Shown: positions 1-13,400, numbered from the stretch's first letter. The stretch is DNA of 64,000 nucleotides from Octopus vulgaris (GCA_951406725.2 OX597816.1:92442001-92506000), one strand, 5' to 3'. The notes: generated by a model not told the origin, from the letters alone. Numbers and translations are program-made.

Positions 1-716
1 ATATCATAATGGAGAAAACTGCTTATTAATTGTGTAACAGTTACTAAAAGAATGCAATTAATTAAGGCTTGACCGTCTAGAAATTTTTTGATAAATTCAT
101 GTACCAAGAAATTTCCTGTAATTTAGATTTCTGAATTTTATTGAATATTTGAACTACAAGTTTTTCACAAATTTGAATATTCGTTGCATTCACTGCGGAG
201 TAGATTTTAAAGTTTAATAAACAATATTAATTCTTTGCAGGCGAAATTTTCCGTTTTCATTTGCAATAGTCTTTCATTACCTCCCGCACACTTCGTTAAT
301 TTCCGTCAAATCTTTTTTATTTACTTTTTGTACGCCGTGTTCAGCTCTATGTATTTGTAGTTTGTCACACACGCACATGTGTTTTTGTATATACGCTTGT
401 ATACACGTACGTATGTGTATGTGTTTCTGTGTGCGTGTGTGTGAAAGAGAGAGAGTGAAGTTTAAATGGTACTCACTCTCACTCTCTAGCTCTCTCTCTC
501 TCACACACACATACGTCCATTTCATATACACATGCGAAAATAAAAAGTAAATAAATTAAAAAAAATTACGGAAATTAACGAACAAAACCAATTGTTTATT
601 TTGACATTTCTGAGGGTTCAACCAAAAGAATGCCGGTAGTTTTTAACGAGCTTTTATTTATATGATATTTTAAATTCATGTTTATTTCATTCATTGTTTG
701 CAATGTTCCCTCACAT

Positions 717-755
<39 letters not shown>

Positions 756-1220
756 GTAATATAAACACACAAACTCCAGGTTTGACTGGCAGAAAATCGC
801 CCGGATGTCTCAGGGAAGTTGACTACGTACAATGTCCTGGAGGTCTAAATCAGGAAAATTTAGAATATAAAGATACTCATGGTTATTAAAGCGGTAACAA
901 CCATTAACAAGGGAAGAGAAAATTTCACTATCCCTATCTGATCCATGAGATCAAATTACTAAGAACAGCATCTTTCTTCTAGCACTCCAGGCACATAGTT
1001 TGGACCCGGTTCTATAGAATATAGAGCAGGAACTACAAAAAGAACAACTGCTGCAACAACAATAACAATGTTTCTAAATTTGCGACAAGCTCAGTAGTTT
1101 TGAGGTGAGTTTTAGCTGGTACCATTCAATGTAAGTTGATTTTGGTGTGATTTGAAACAAACACGTAAAGACCTGGAAGAAAGCCTGCATTACGTTTTGT
1201 CCCACTGAAGAATTGAATTA

Positions 1221-1410
1221 ATTATGGGAAGTAGGCTCAATGGAAAATACAAAGTCAGGGAAATATACACGTGGGCTATTTCCGTAATGTGATATGGCGC
1301 ACGTGCTGTTTGGTGGACAAAGAACGAGCTTGAGGAAATGGAGAAGAAAACCAGAAACGTGATGACAATTAACATGGAACTGCACCCCAAAAGCTATATT
1401 GACAGTTTAG
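1221..1410 (+). mobile_element. Short decayed R4/Dong-type LINE remnant (region after the RT core)
   Basis: Manual translation IMGSRLNGKYKVREIYTWAISVM*YGARAVWWTKNELEEMEKKTRNVMTINMELHPKSYIDSL parallels the LN.KNK...IN..A.P...Y......W...EL...DRKTRK.MT....HPKSD segment of the element at 1628-4324. Confidence 0.7.
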
Positions 1411-1460
1411 GCTTCATATGTTGCAAGATTTGTGTCGTCAACGAGAAGAACAGTATTGGA

Positions 1461-1513
1461 GTTAAGAGCGCAGGGTACTAACCCCAAAATTCCGAGTTCC
1501 AGGCAATGACCTG
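1461..1513 (+). mobile_element. Left half of a solo Penelope terminal-repeat module (tRNA-like head, 5'-truncated)
   Basis: GTTAAGAGCGCAGGGTACTAACCCCAAAATTCCGAGTTCCAGGCAATGACCTGA aligns to 36222-36280. Confidence 0.8.
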
Positions 1514-1549
1514 AATAATAATAATGATGATGATGATAATAATAATAAT

Positions 1550-1627
<78 letters not shown>
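1514..1627. repeat. (TAA)n microsatellite, 5' flank of R4/Dong insertion
   Basis: Directly visible AAT repeats with a few GAT variants. Confidence 0.97.
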
Positions 1628-1630
<3 letters not shown>

Positions 1631-4324
1631 AAAGATTTGCCTGAAATAAAAGAAAAGCTGAAGCAAGATATCCTTGCCAAAGAACAAAGGATCCGCCGGT
1701 ACAAGAAACGCCAACGCTTCTTTGAAGAAAACAAAAAGTTCAACTCCAACCCCAAAAAGTTCTACCAAGAACTGGGCAAAAATAAAATAGAAGTCACTGC
1801 AGCACCAACGGCAGAAGAATTGGAAGAATTCTGGAGAGAAATATGGTCGGCGAACGAACCACCAAAAAAAAAGGAGTATCAAAATAACAAACTCGGCATC
1901 TGAACAAATTTGGACCCCCATAACAACTGAAGAGGTCACCCAGGCACTGCAAAGACTAAGCAACTGGAAGGCACCTGGGCATGACAAGATCCCCAACTTC
2001 TGGTTGAAATATCTAACAAGTATGCACAAAAAGCTGGCTGAAAACTTTAACAACGTACTAGCAGAGCCAGAGACAATGCCTGAATGGCTCACGAAGGGGA
2101 AAACCATCTTAATTCCCAAATCAAATGAAACAGAAAACCAGAAAACTACAGACCAATAACCTGCCTCCCTACTATGTTCAAGGCATTTACTGCAGTGATA
2201 TCACAAAGGCTGAACAAGCACCTGGACGAAAACAAACTGTTCCCAGAAGAGCAGAAAGGATGCCGCAAAGGCTCATATGGCTGTAAAGATCAACTAATGA
2301 TTAATAAAGCCATAACTGAAGACAGCCACAGAAAGAAGAAAGGCCTCAGTATGGCCTGGATTGACTACAAAAAGGTGTTTGATAGCATCCCCCACACATG
2401 GATCCTCGAAACACTAGCCATTAACAAAGTAGCACCAACAATCATAAAATTCATAGAGCACTCTATGAATAAATGGCAAACAGTCCTACAACTCCAAACA
2501 AAAGAGGGACTCATGAAAACCAAAGACATCCCCATTAGAAGAGGAATATTCCAGGGAGACACGCTCTCTCCACTCCTTTTCTGCTTGGCACTGTCACCTC
2601 TATCTGATATGCTAAATAGAACTGGATGCGGATATAAATGTTACGGCAAAACGATCAGCCACCTTTTATATATGGATGACCTAAAACTATACGCTACAAA
2701 TGACAAACAGCTGGAAACACTATTAAAGACAGTTCATGGATTTACCAAAGAAATAGATATGAAATTTGGATTAGAAAAATGCGCCAAAGTAACCATGAAA
2801 AGAGGAAAACTAGTTAAGAGTAACAACATCACACTAGATAAAACCAATTTAATAAAAGAATTAGACCAAAGCCAAACTTACAAATACTTAGGAATCCATG
2901 AACTAGATAAGACACAACACACACAAATGAAAGAGAAAATAAAAAAGAATATTATAGACGAGTTAGATCAATACTAAACACAGAGCTCAATGCTAAAACA
3001 AGATAATAGGTATCAACACTTTAGCTGTCCCAGTTATAAGTTACAGCTACAATATCCTTAACTGGACACGAAATGAACTGACCAAAATAGATAGGAAAAC
3101 AAGAAAAATAATGACAGGATCTAGGATGCATCACCCAAAATCTGACATAGAAAGACTATATATACAACGTATAGAAGGTGGTAGAGGCCTTATACAGCTG
3201 GAAAACTACTATAAAATAACCACCATAGGACTGCAAAAATATCTACTTCAGAAGGAAGGAAAACTGATCCAGATAGCGGCAAAACACGAGCAAAACAAAA
3301 AACTGTTCTCAGTATTTAAGGAAGCTGACAAATACAAACAAGAAATCATACCACCTAATAAACATGAAGAAGAAGAAGAAGATGAAGAAACAACAAAAGC
3401 TATAAAACAAATGAAATCCAAACTAAAAATAGAACAGCAACGAACCATGATAAAACGATGGCAAGAAAAGCCCCTTCATGGTAAATACTGGACTAAACTA
3501 AACGCAAAAGAAATAGACAAAGAAAAATCCCAGCAATGGTTGAGAAGCTCAGGACTCAAAGCAGAAACAGAGGGATTTTCAATTGCAGCACAAGACCAAA
3601 GCCTCCCCACCAGAAACTACCAAAAACATGTAATGAAAAGAAATATTACGAGTAACTGCAGAATATGTGGAGATGGACAAGAAACAATAAATCATATTAT
3701 CTCTAGCTGACCAGTCCTGGCTAAGAAGGAATACATTCACAGACATGACAGAGTTGGAACCTACATACATTGGAAGTTATGCCAACATTATGGAATAACA
3801 ACAGAAAAAAGATGGTATAGGCACACACCAGAAAAGGTCACAGAAAACGAGAAAGCAACCATACTCTGGGATATGCTGATACACACAGATAGAGAAATTA
3901 AGGCCAACAGACCAGATATAGTTGTCAGAGACCATGAAGAAAAAAATGCTTTCTAATTGATGTATCAATACCGGCTGATGACAACGTGTCTCTAAAAGAA
4001 ATGGAGAAACTCTCAAAATACAAAGACCTGGAAATAGAGGTAACTAGAATGTGGAATCTGAAAACAGAAACAATTCCTATCATAGTAGGTGCATTAGGCA
4101 TGATAAAAAAATATTCAGACAAATACATAACAAAAACACCAGGACTTATAAACACATATAACATACAGAAAATTGCACTACTGGGCACTGCACACATCCT
4201 ACGCAGAACACTTTCCATACAATAATCATCAGAGCATCACAACAAATCACACCACATACCCAAGGCACACAGAGCTGCGCTCGGTAGTGAAGTGAAAGCA
4301 CGCTATAAAAATAAAACTACTGAA
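1628..4324 (+). mobile_element. R4/Dong-clade non-LTR retrotransposon (RLE type), 5'-truncated and frameshifted
   Basis: ORF pieces 1637-1903, 2174-2977, 3111-3710, 3986-4225: RT motifs (EQKGCR, AWIDYKKVFDSIPH, GIFQGDTLSPLLF, HLLYMDDLK, YKYLG), HPKSDIERLY..R.EGGRGL, CCHC knuckle CRICGDGQETINHIISS(C), RHD, RLE motifs RPDIVV...IDVSIP...EKLSKYKDL, C-terminus ALLGTAHILRR; short 3' UTR running into (TAA)n. Confidence 0.93.
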
Positions 4325-4345
4325 CAATAATAATAATAATAATAA

Positions 4346-4545
4346 CAGCAACAACAACAACATCGAAAAATACCTTAGGAATGAGAACCCAGGATTCCAA
4401 CTTCCCCAAGACACCTGATGAAGGCTGGAGGGTATATCAGCCGAAACGTTGTGTCAACAACAAACAAGATGAGGATAAATATCCGTCAAACGTGAATAAT
4501 ATACATAATACCTCATCTCTTAGATATAGAACTGTATGCTATATT
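4346..4545 (+). mobile_element. Right half of the solo Penelope terminal-repeat module (contains hammerhead ribozyme)
   Basis: CAACATCGAA...ATGAGAACCCAG...CCTGATGAAGGCTGGAGGGTATATCAGCCGAAACGTTGTGT...GATGAGGA.AAATATC.GTCAAA aligns to 36360-36492, downstream of a GIY-YIG ORF. Confidence 0.8.
4410..4455 (+). ncRNA. Minimal type I hammerhead ribozyme (Penelope-type, probably dimer-dependent)
   Basis: Stem I GACAC(4410-14)/GTGTC(4451-55); core CTGATGA(4415-21) plus extra A; stem II GGCTG(4423-27)/CAGCC(4438-42); GAAAC(4443-47); loopless palindromic stem III AACGTT; putative cleavage triplet GUU(4448-50). Confidence 0.8.
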
Positions 4546-5924
4546 TCTAAAGGAGATTTTACCTGTATTAAGTCAAGGTTTATGATTAGAAAATTTCCGA
4601 GAGTACTGCCTTAATTTTTACAAAATAATATATTGATATAACTTAGCCGTGATTGAATTCCAAATTTCTTTTTCTAAATTTTGTTTAAGGTGTCTAGTTG
4701 TATGTAGAATATAATTGATTTCCCCCCCGAGATTTGGAAATCAAGATGTATTCAACTACTTTTCAATCTACTGATAAATCAATACAACCATACAACTATC
4801 CATTTATTAACATTATTCATTGTCATCAATTTCTCAGCGCCTATATAAGAAATAATTTACCAGTATCTTTTGATATATCAACATGTGGTATATTTTTTTT
4901 TATATTTAACCAAAGGTTAGTGTGATAAGCCATTTCATTTTACTTGCGTCATTAATGTCTGCAGAGAAGCCAAGGGCAGTATACAATTTTATTCTTTGTT
5001 TCTTCTACATAACTTTACAAAAGAAATAACAAAAATATGGTTTTCTCATACATATTTATCTATTATAATTAAATTACGTTTTAACTAGTGCATGCAAAAT
5101 AGTAATTAAACGCATTCCATTAAATTCTTTGTGTTTTATTATACAGCAAAATTTGCTTCTATTTCTACTACATATACTATCATCTCTATTTATGCTACTG
5201 TTACTGCTACCATTTCTAACAATTTCACTGTTTCTTCTGCCGCATTACTATTTCACTTTGAACAGTGAGCTACCACCCAACAAAGCTCCCACTATAAATA
5301 GAAAAGCAAATAACACGGGTTCATGTAGTGAGAATTATTGATTTGTTTTCTTATAAAAAGAAGCCATAATTATTTGTTTAAAACCTAATTCAATAAATTC
5401 TTTTTAAAAGAATTTGAATCAAAACTATAACAAAGGTAAGGTCACTTAATGAGTAATCGTTCTATACACAAGGTTGGAGGAAAACTTACAAGTGATGTCC
5501 ATGTTTAATTTATTACTAAATTATTCACGTATGCCACGTTGAATATCCTCTTTGTCAACCGAAAAATATAATTACATCATAAACATCATAAACATAACTT
5601 TCTTTGGCTTCTCAATGCAAAACAGAACTTGAAGGTGGGAATTAGACACGTGAGGTTAAAGAAAAGTGCCAAGTGATATGCAGTTATAAAGGGACCAATT
5701 CCAATGTATGTTTTATGAAATACTGAATATAAAGTAATGGGGTTATTATATTAGGATGTAAAGAAAGTCCTGTTACATTTATGACATGATCAGTTTGATG
5801 TCACGTTTTCAATATCAATGTTTTCATTATTAATTTTTCCCTTCTAATTTTTGTTTTTTCCAGATTACTTTATACCATAGTGGTTAAATCGTATCGATTT
5901 TACCGTTTTAAACGTAGTTTAGAT

Positions 5925-6845
5925 CATACCTATAACCTACACTCTATGCTGTGTGAATTCAAAAGGAGCCCTTCAGCAATGGAATCAGCACGAAATATTC
6001 ATTCTGCCAATAGAAAAGAATCTTTAGGTTTCTGAACATGCCAACGATAGTTTAACCAGTTTAACTCGGGAAATTTTCTCTCTCAAAGGCCCCAGATCTG
6101 GTCGACCAAGCACCGTCAGTAATGAGTTTATGAAAATCGTAGTAGAAGAAAATACAAGGGAAAGAAAACACGAGAATTATAAAACAGCAAAATTAGTAAG
6201 GCTTCAGACAGCTTCACAAGCTAGGAAAAGTGCCTTAACTTGATTAATGATTCCCTTATTATCTTACTCCTCAGCTTAATCAAAGAGATTTCCTCTGTCT
6301 GTCATTGAAAAATTGCTACTGAGTAGAATCATTACAAGTGATTGAAAGATCTTCCATAATTGTGTACAACGAAAGCAATTTAGCTTATACCTAATAAAAA
6401 AAAAGAGAATCCATCTCTAAACCAGGACCTCACTCAAAACAAATTATATCGTGTGTTTGGTGGGATTGTACTGTATCAAGCGAAAGCAAAACTGTTGATG
6501 CGTGTAAGTGTTCTCGTTGATCAGAAGCTGTACGCAGAAATTTGCAGTAAAAGCAAGCATCATTGGTCAGTAATAATAGCGCTGCTCTTACACAAGAATA
6601 CAAGGTTGCATGTTGTTCACGTCATTCAAGAAAAGGTTATGGCTCTAAATATTGAGCTGGTGTCCCATATTCCTAACCTTACACAATCTGACAATCATCT
6701 TTTCAAATAAAAGTAAAACAGTTTATTATTGTGAAAAGATTAAAAATGGTACTGAATGCTTCTTTGCTTCGAACCCTGAATAATTTTACGGCTAAGGGAT
6801 CAACAGTTCGCCAGATAGATGGATTCTGTTATCAATTATGTAGCA
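5925..6845 (+). mobile_element. Decayed mariner transposase remnant
   Basis: Broken translation shows mariner hallmarks: MLCEFK, F.SGNFSL..PRSGRPS, LLSRIITSD, SDNHLF, FFAS.PE.FY..GI. Confidence 0.7.
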
Positions 6846-7512
6846 AATCTTTCTTTCTTGTCTAATGGGATTCCGTAAGCAGCAGCACAGTAATAACTTA
6901 ATATATGAATTTAGTCAGATGAGAAAATTTTAATGAAGTTATGCCTTAAAAGATAGATAAATAGATATAATAAATATCATTAAAAGAAGAGAAACAAACG
7001 AATGAAATAAGCTAAAGGACGCTTACATTTTATTGTAGTATTATTGGAAAGATTATGTCCGCTGGATCGACTAGTGTATAAAGTAATCACAATTTTATCC
7101 TTCCCAGAGGTTTGAGAGCAATAATATATCGGAGAATATATATAATATACATCGTTTTATTCAAATATTATTTAATAAAATAAGTAGGAATAGCATCTAA
7201 TTGATAAAAGAAAAATAGCGATGCTACTATCTGCGTCAGGGTATTTTAACTTTCAATTTAAACTAACTGAAATGAATACTTTGTATGGTTGCCTGACTAA
7301 CTAGAAGTACAAGCCAGAGCTCCCTTTAAATGACACCTGCCATCTTCCGGAAGGGTAGTCAGTCGCCAGAAGGTGGCATGCAAATGGCCAAAAGAGAACA
7401 AAGAAAAAGAACAGACTTAAAGCAATTATCTGTTTTGTTAGGAATGACAAGATAAGGAAGCAATAGTTTAAAGAGAAACCATAAAACGATCAAAACAAAA
7501 TTTGAGTAAATA

Positions 7513-7535
7513 TACTACTACTACTGCTACTACTG

Positions 7536-7629
<94 letters not shown>
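7513..7629. repeat. (TAC)n microsatellite
   Basis: Directly visible. Confidence 0.97.
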
Positions 7630-7699
7630 AAGAGTTGAAATGATAAAAATTAAGAGAAAGATATTTTCTGTCGATTAATAACCTCACCTCAGGAGAAAG

Positions 7700-8640
7700 A
7701 AGAGAGAAAATGTACGGTAGAATATTGACCATGTAACAGTGATGAAGGCCCAATGTCTCGACAATGAGTGATAGGTTGAAGTTTAGCTGCTGAAGGACCA
7801 AAATTGTTAAAAACTCGCATTTGAGTCCCATCAAGTAAAGAAGGAACATCAACAAGTGTTCCAGCCTATATCTACCAACAGTATTCCATATAAAGGTGAA
7901 TGAATGACTAACAGAAATGACTAACAGTCATATCTGACTGAGGTATAGGTCTAATATAATAATTCCGAACAAGATCATTTGAAAATACACTTAAAAGGGT
8001 AGAAGACTCATGAACTATATCCACCATAGAAAGAAGGTGTCATCAGAGTTTTTGTAATCATTAATGGAAAGAAGTGTAATTAATGCAGTTTAAAGTAGCT
8101 TAATATGTCGAATAATCATCGGACATAGGTTAGGAGAACCAAATTTCTTCACATAATAGAACAAATCATTCAAACAAAAATACCAAGAAATATCATTAGT
8201 AAATATGATGAGGTTAGACATGATACCACCCGAAAGTTCATTAATAAATAAAAACTAAATTAGAGCAAATAACAACATCTTGAGAAATAGCAGGTGAAGC
8301 GAAGTAAAAGAGTGCTAGTCATTTAAAAATGTTAATGCAATGTTCGAGAGAAAAAAAACAAACGAAAAACTACTGAAGATCCTTCCAGAAATTCCAACAG
8401 TTAATTTAATAACAGTCACAAGATTTGGAGTAGAAGGTGGTGTACACAAACCACATTGTTTATTAGAACATGGAGCGAGTGAGGAAGGTGCAAAATAAGA
8501 ATTTGACTGTTCAAAGAAGTAAAAATATTGCTAACTATAGGAAAGAAGTTGACTGGGCGATATTTAAGAGGACTAGAACGTTTAAAAGCGTTTTGTAAGC
8601 AAGAATAATAAAGGACCATTACTACAAAGAATAGTCATTC
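7700..8640 (-). mobile_element. Highly decayed RT remnant of an APE-type LINE (CR1/L2/Jockey group)
   Basis: ORF 8416-8619 contains KRSSPLKYRPVNFFPIVSNIFTSLNSQIL (YRPI motif); around 8030-8075 the minus strand reads SINDY..SDDT, resembling FINDL..YADDT. Confidence 0.5.
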
Positions 8641-9284
8641 TAGAGTATGGTATGTCAGAATATGTGTTTATCATCAATGGAACCGCTATGATTCTAGGTC
8701 TGCTCGATTATAGCAGAACTGGAAAAAACGAACAAAAACAATTAGAACAAACTGAAAATGAAAAATATTTAATTGCAAGTAACCATTCCACAGGTGATTT
8801 CAACACCGCAAACTATTGTAAAGCACCATGTGTAGAAAAGCGATCTAAACTATAAAGCAATATTAAGCTTCCCTTTGAATTAATATAATATAACATAATG
8901 TTAATATCGAAGGTGCACTTCATGGCAGAACAATTTTGAATAATCTACAAATATGGGTGTGAAATTTGCATTATTAAAGTAAATACAGAATAACAATACA
9001 ATGGTATACAATTACATTAACCCGATTGCAAAACTGTGCCTCAGTTACAACTCACGATAAACTCTCATCTGAGAAGGTCCAGTAAGACCAACATATGGTC
9101 GTAGTTGTCACTGTACTCTTAAGTTCATTGTAGTTTTCACTTAAGTTCATTGCCCTCCACTGCCTTTCTTGACCAAAATTATTTATTAAGTTAATCATCT
9201 TTTTCTCGCTGCCACAGGGAAAATTTTAATTAATAATTATTTCTTAGCTCATATGTTAAGTATATTAGTATTTCTCTTGTCCTT

Positions 9285-9590
9285 TGATTTTCATGCACCC
9301 GCCCTATTCGCCGGATTTAGCACCTGTTGACTTCGATCTCTTCCCAAAGATGAAAATGTAGATCAAATGTCACAATTTTAACACCGTTATCGAAGTCCAG
9401 AACGAATCGTAGATGGTCCTCGACTAACTTACAGATCCAAACTGGATTCCAAAAGTGGTAGGAATGCTGGAACCGGTGCATTGCTGCACAAGGGGACTTT
9501 TTCAAAGGAAATGAAGTTAAAGCTTAGGTAAATAAATAATATTTTATTAAACATAACTAGTGCTGCATCATTTTGATACCTCCTCGTGTA
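9285..9590 (+). mobile_element. Mariner 3' fragment
   Basis: HPPYSPDLAPVDFDLFPKMK motif at ~9296-9355, followed by FQKW*ECWNRCIAAQGDFFK and a terminus ending CCTCGTG. Confidence 0.8.
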
Positions 9591-9620
9591 TGTATGTATG
9601 TATATATATATATATTTAGA

Positions 9621-9664
<44 letters not shown>

Positions 9665-9982
9665 TATATTATATAAAAGTTAGTAGTACTATTTTATTCT
9701 CAGGAAATTCATCACAGAATCGCATGCTTACGAACCAATGTATCACACTTTTTTCTCCCTCAGTTTCATTGGGGCAGAAGAAAGAAGAAAGAAAACATGC
9801 ACCCAACACCAGAGCTGAGGACACCTCCGACAGGGGGGCCCCGCCACGTCAAAGGGTAGAAGAGTAGGGGCCGAAACCGGACGTGGTTCCTCCTGATGAT
9901 GTCTTGAGCTAACTGGATCCTATAAAGGAGCTGTTGTGGTAGCAGACCACGAAACACGGTTGTAATTCCTCAGAGGTTTGAT

Positions 9983-10127
9983 TCCCAACTACATGATTCC
10001 GTGTTCAGTCCTACTACATGACACCTTAGATGAATGTCTTCTATTATAGCCTCTGACCGAGCAGAAGATTGTGAGTGGAATTGGTAAACGGAAACTGAAA
10101 GAATCTCGTCGTATATATATATGTATA

Positions 10128-10160
<33 letters not shown>

Positions 10161-10305
10161 TTGTTTCTGTGTTTTCCCCCACTGTAACTTAGCGGTTCCG
10201 CAAATGACACCGATTGAATAAGTACCAGGTCTAAAAAAAGAATGAAGTGCTTCTTCAAGGCCGTGTTCCTACTTGACTGCAGTCTAATGACTGAAACAAA
10301 CAAAA
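9983..10305 (+). mobile_element. tRNA-derived SINE with internal (TA)/(TG) microsatellite
   Basis: Matches the reverse complement of 43070-43411 (GTGAGTGGA.TTGGTA.ACGGAAACTGAAAGAA...TCGTATATAT...TGACTGAAACAA). Confidence 0.7.
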
Positions 10306-10422
10306 GGTTTAACCACAGAAATAAAACTAAAAATTAATTTTTTTCAGATATTCGTAATTCACAATTTGGAAAAGGAGTGCATTAATCGGTTGAAATGCCT
10401 CCAGACTGATAAAAAGCAAAAA

Positions 10423-10453
<31 letters not shown>

Positions 10454-13400
10454 TATAGCGCTATTAAAACTTAGGAGATTGAAGGATGATACGATACATA
10501 TAAAAATAAAATAAACTGTGGTATTTAAACAATCGCTTTAGTTGTAGTGCTAACTCACCGACTTCAGAACAACAGTACAGAATACAACAACGAAAACAGC
10601 AATAATGGCAATGTTAATATTGATTTCTGAATTCTAAATTTTAATGTCAAAATAAATTATATAAGAATTAGCAATACCTAAGGTAAAGTTCATTTAAGTA
10701 TAATTTAACTAAATATACGTATGTGAATACAATTTCAAAATATAGTGAATTAGATATATTCAATGCAGTCAAATTTATGAAAAAAGATACATCGACAGAA
10801 GATTACTTCTCAACCACGGCTCAAATCCCGTGTTCAGTTCTGTTTGCTTCCACTTCAACTACAAATATAGGACATTATAATTCTGAACGGTGAGTTAGAC
10901 ATTCTGACATTTTATTAATATTTCCCGGTTTTTCATTCTGGACAATAGAATGCATTTTATTAAGAACCTGATGGCTAGCACTTAGCTCTTTACAATGCTT
11001 TTTCGTACAGCATTATTTTACCACTACCATAATGTAGAGAAATATTTCCGAAATAAGCGCAGTGAACGAATTGTCACAATTAATTCAGTCACGAAATTGG
11101 TTAAACTAACACATATTACAAAAATTTCGGAACTGATTTGCATTGAGGATAACAGCGGATACTCAAGTACAGCTTGAAGATGGGTTTTAAAATTTCTACT
11201 GAGCACTAAAGATGCATTTATAACTGTAAATGTCATGTCAGTTGATGTATTATATTATGTATTAAGTCATTTATGTATTATATTGACGTGTAGTAAAAAA
11301 AGTGTATCAAAACTGTTCATTTTTCTTGATGTGGAAGTTATTTCAAAGTATTTCGATAGGGCGGATTTAATATCTAGTTAATATCTATGCCCACTGGAAG
11401 CCATATAGTATTGTAAATTTTACCTAGTAATACCCTACTGAGAAAAGCGACTCGATATGATAAGATATTAAGGATGAATGGTAAGTGTTGTGCTTGATGT
11501 ATACTTCAAACTGTATCTCACTATAACTGACCACTCGAGAGAAAATATTTGGATGAAAACGATTACATTACTTATATCAATGATTAATTACCAGATATTT
11601 CTTTGCGACTAAGTAACAGAAGGTAGCAGTCATAGGAATTATATTCATCCATATTTGTAGCTGAAATAATAGCAGAAGTATGTGAAGTAGCAGATAGAAA
11701 GACAGTTAAAATCAGCGTCTTATGACTTGAACCGTAATGTGTAGACGTGAGCTTGCTGCCGAAGTTGTTGCGATTGCCCATACTCAATTTTATGTGATTC
11801 TTGAACTTGGGAAAAGGATCAAAGGTGACACTAGACATTCAAAGATTTAGAGACCAACGATATCATTCTATTTATTTACTAAGACGTGTGTGACTTGTGT
11901 TCTTTGTAGTATTTTTATGTATGAGAAGTCATCTAGCCTTCTGGTATTAAGAAGCGTAAACGGTGAACAATCCAAATCAATTAACTTATTACTGAATCTG
12001 GGAAAGAAGATTTTTCTGAATGATGTCGGATAGCTTTCTCAATGATACTGCCATGAAATTAAACAAATTGACGTTAGCCACAAGAATCCCGATTTTGTCT
12101 AAAAAGCATAGCATTAAACTAAATACGATTTGAACCGCTGCTGTCTACAATCAATCTATAAAGATACTTGAAGGATTTACCCTTTAAAAAATTCAAGAAA
12201 CATAATTAGCGATAGCAATATCCCAACTGAAACAGAGATTTGAAAACAAAAGCTGCAAGAAGAGTTTGTTGCTATATCAAGTTCCTACATCGATATATAT
12301 AATGTCATTTCCTTTCTCTCTGAGAAAATGTTTATATCAATATTAAAGAATCCACACACATACAAGCTGTCCTCTAAACGGAACTTTGTGCATTTTACGC
12401 AACAGTCATATGATATCTATTTACACGTCCGGAGAACTTTTGTCGACTGTTAATTGTAAATATCACCCCCACCACCCCACACAGATCTGTTCTCTGCATA
12501 TTTTCCTTGTATTCATCTGCCCACGCTGATATGACCACTTTTACTCTTCTCTCGTCATCTGACAACAGCGGTACGTAAACTGGTAAGATATCATTTAATA
12601 AACTGGCCGCTATTTGAATCGATAACTATATCAAACTATATTGTAAACAGGAGACCGCTCTAATGACATTTCCTCATATCAAGTAGCCATATCTGTATTT
12701 ACTAATGTCACAAAGACTACTTAATCACAACATTAGCCATACGCATATATATATATATATATATATGAAATTGTGCGTTATCTATGTTTGCAAAGAGGTT
12801 TCCACGCTATTATCAATCTACATACACAGAAAGCATCTATTCAATGCACGTCGATTATAACAGATTTATTCAGCTAACATATCCTGGTAATTCACTACAC
12901 TTTTATACTCTCTCATCTGCGCTTCTTTGATATTTATGTTCCAGTTTCAAACCCCCTCTTTTCTCTCCCTTTTCGTTTTCTGTTTTTGTTTTCACAGTCG
13001 TTGAGAATACATTTTTAAACATACCTTATTAGTAGCATTGTTCTTTTTTCTTGTATTTAAAAGAAAGAAAGAAAACATCCCTGTATGCATAAAAAAACCA
13101 TTTCATTTTTATTGCTATTATTGTTACTCACATCACTTATTCTGTCAACATGATGTCTGCTAAGCTATCGTTAAAATATTTATTTAGCAGCAATTGTTTA
13201 TATTTTAGCTTTTATAGATTTTTGCTGATGCCATTATTGATAGTATCGCTGTGTAACCCTTGACACTTCTAGTTTTATAGGACCACAGTGTGGGCCCCAT
13301 TAACAGAGTTATTAATTTTTCCGACATTTTTTCCTGTTTCCATTTCTATCAATATAATTCGGTTTCGTCGCGACTCGAATGTTAAGTATTGTTTGGTCTT

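Noticed and set aside
277-889. Short ORFs rich in H/T/C/V/I/Y repeats (also many later ones)
   Set aside because: Translations of (CA)n, (TA)n, (GA)n and (TAA)n microsatellites; no protein signal
1478-2119. 213-aa minus-strand ORF with poly-Ile
   Set aside because: Antisense of the R4/Dong ORF running into (TAA)n
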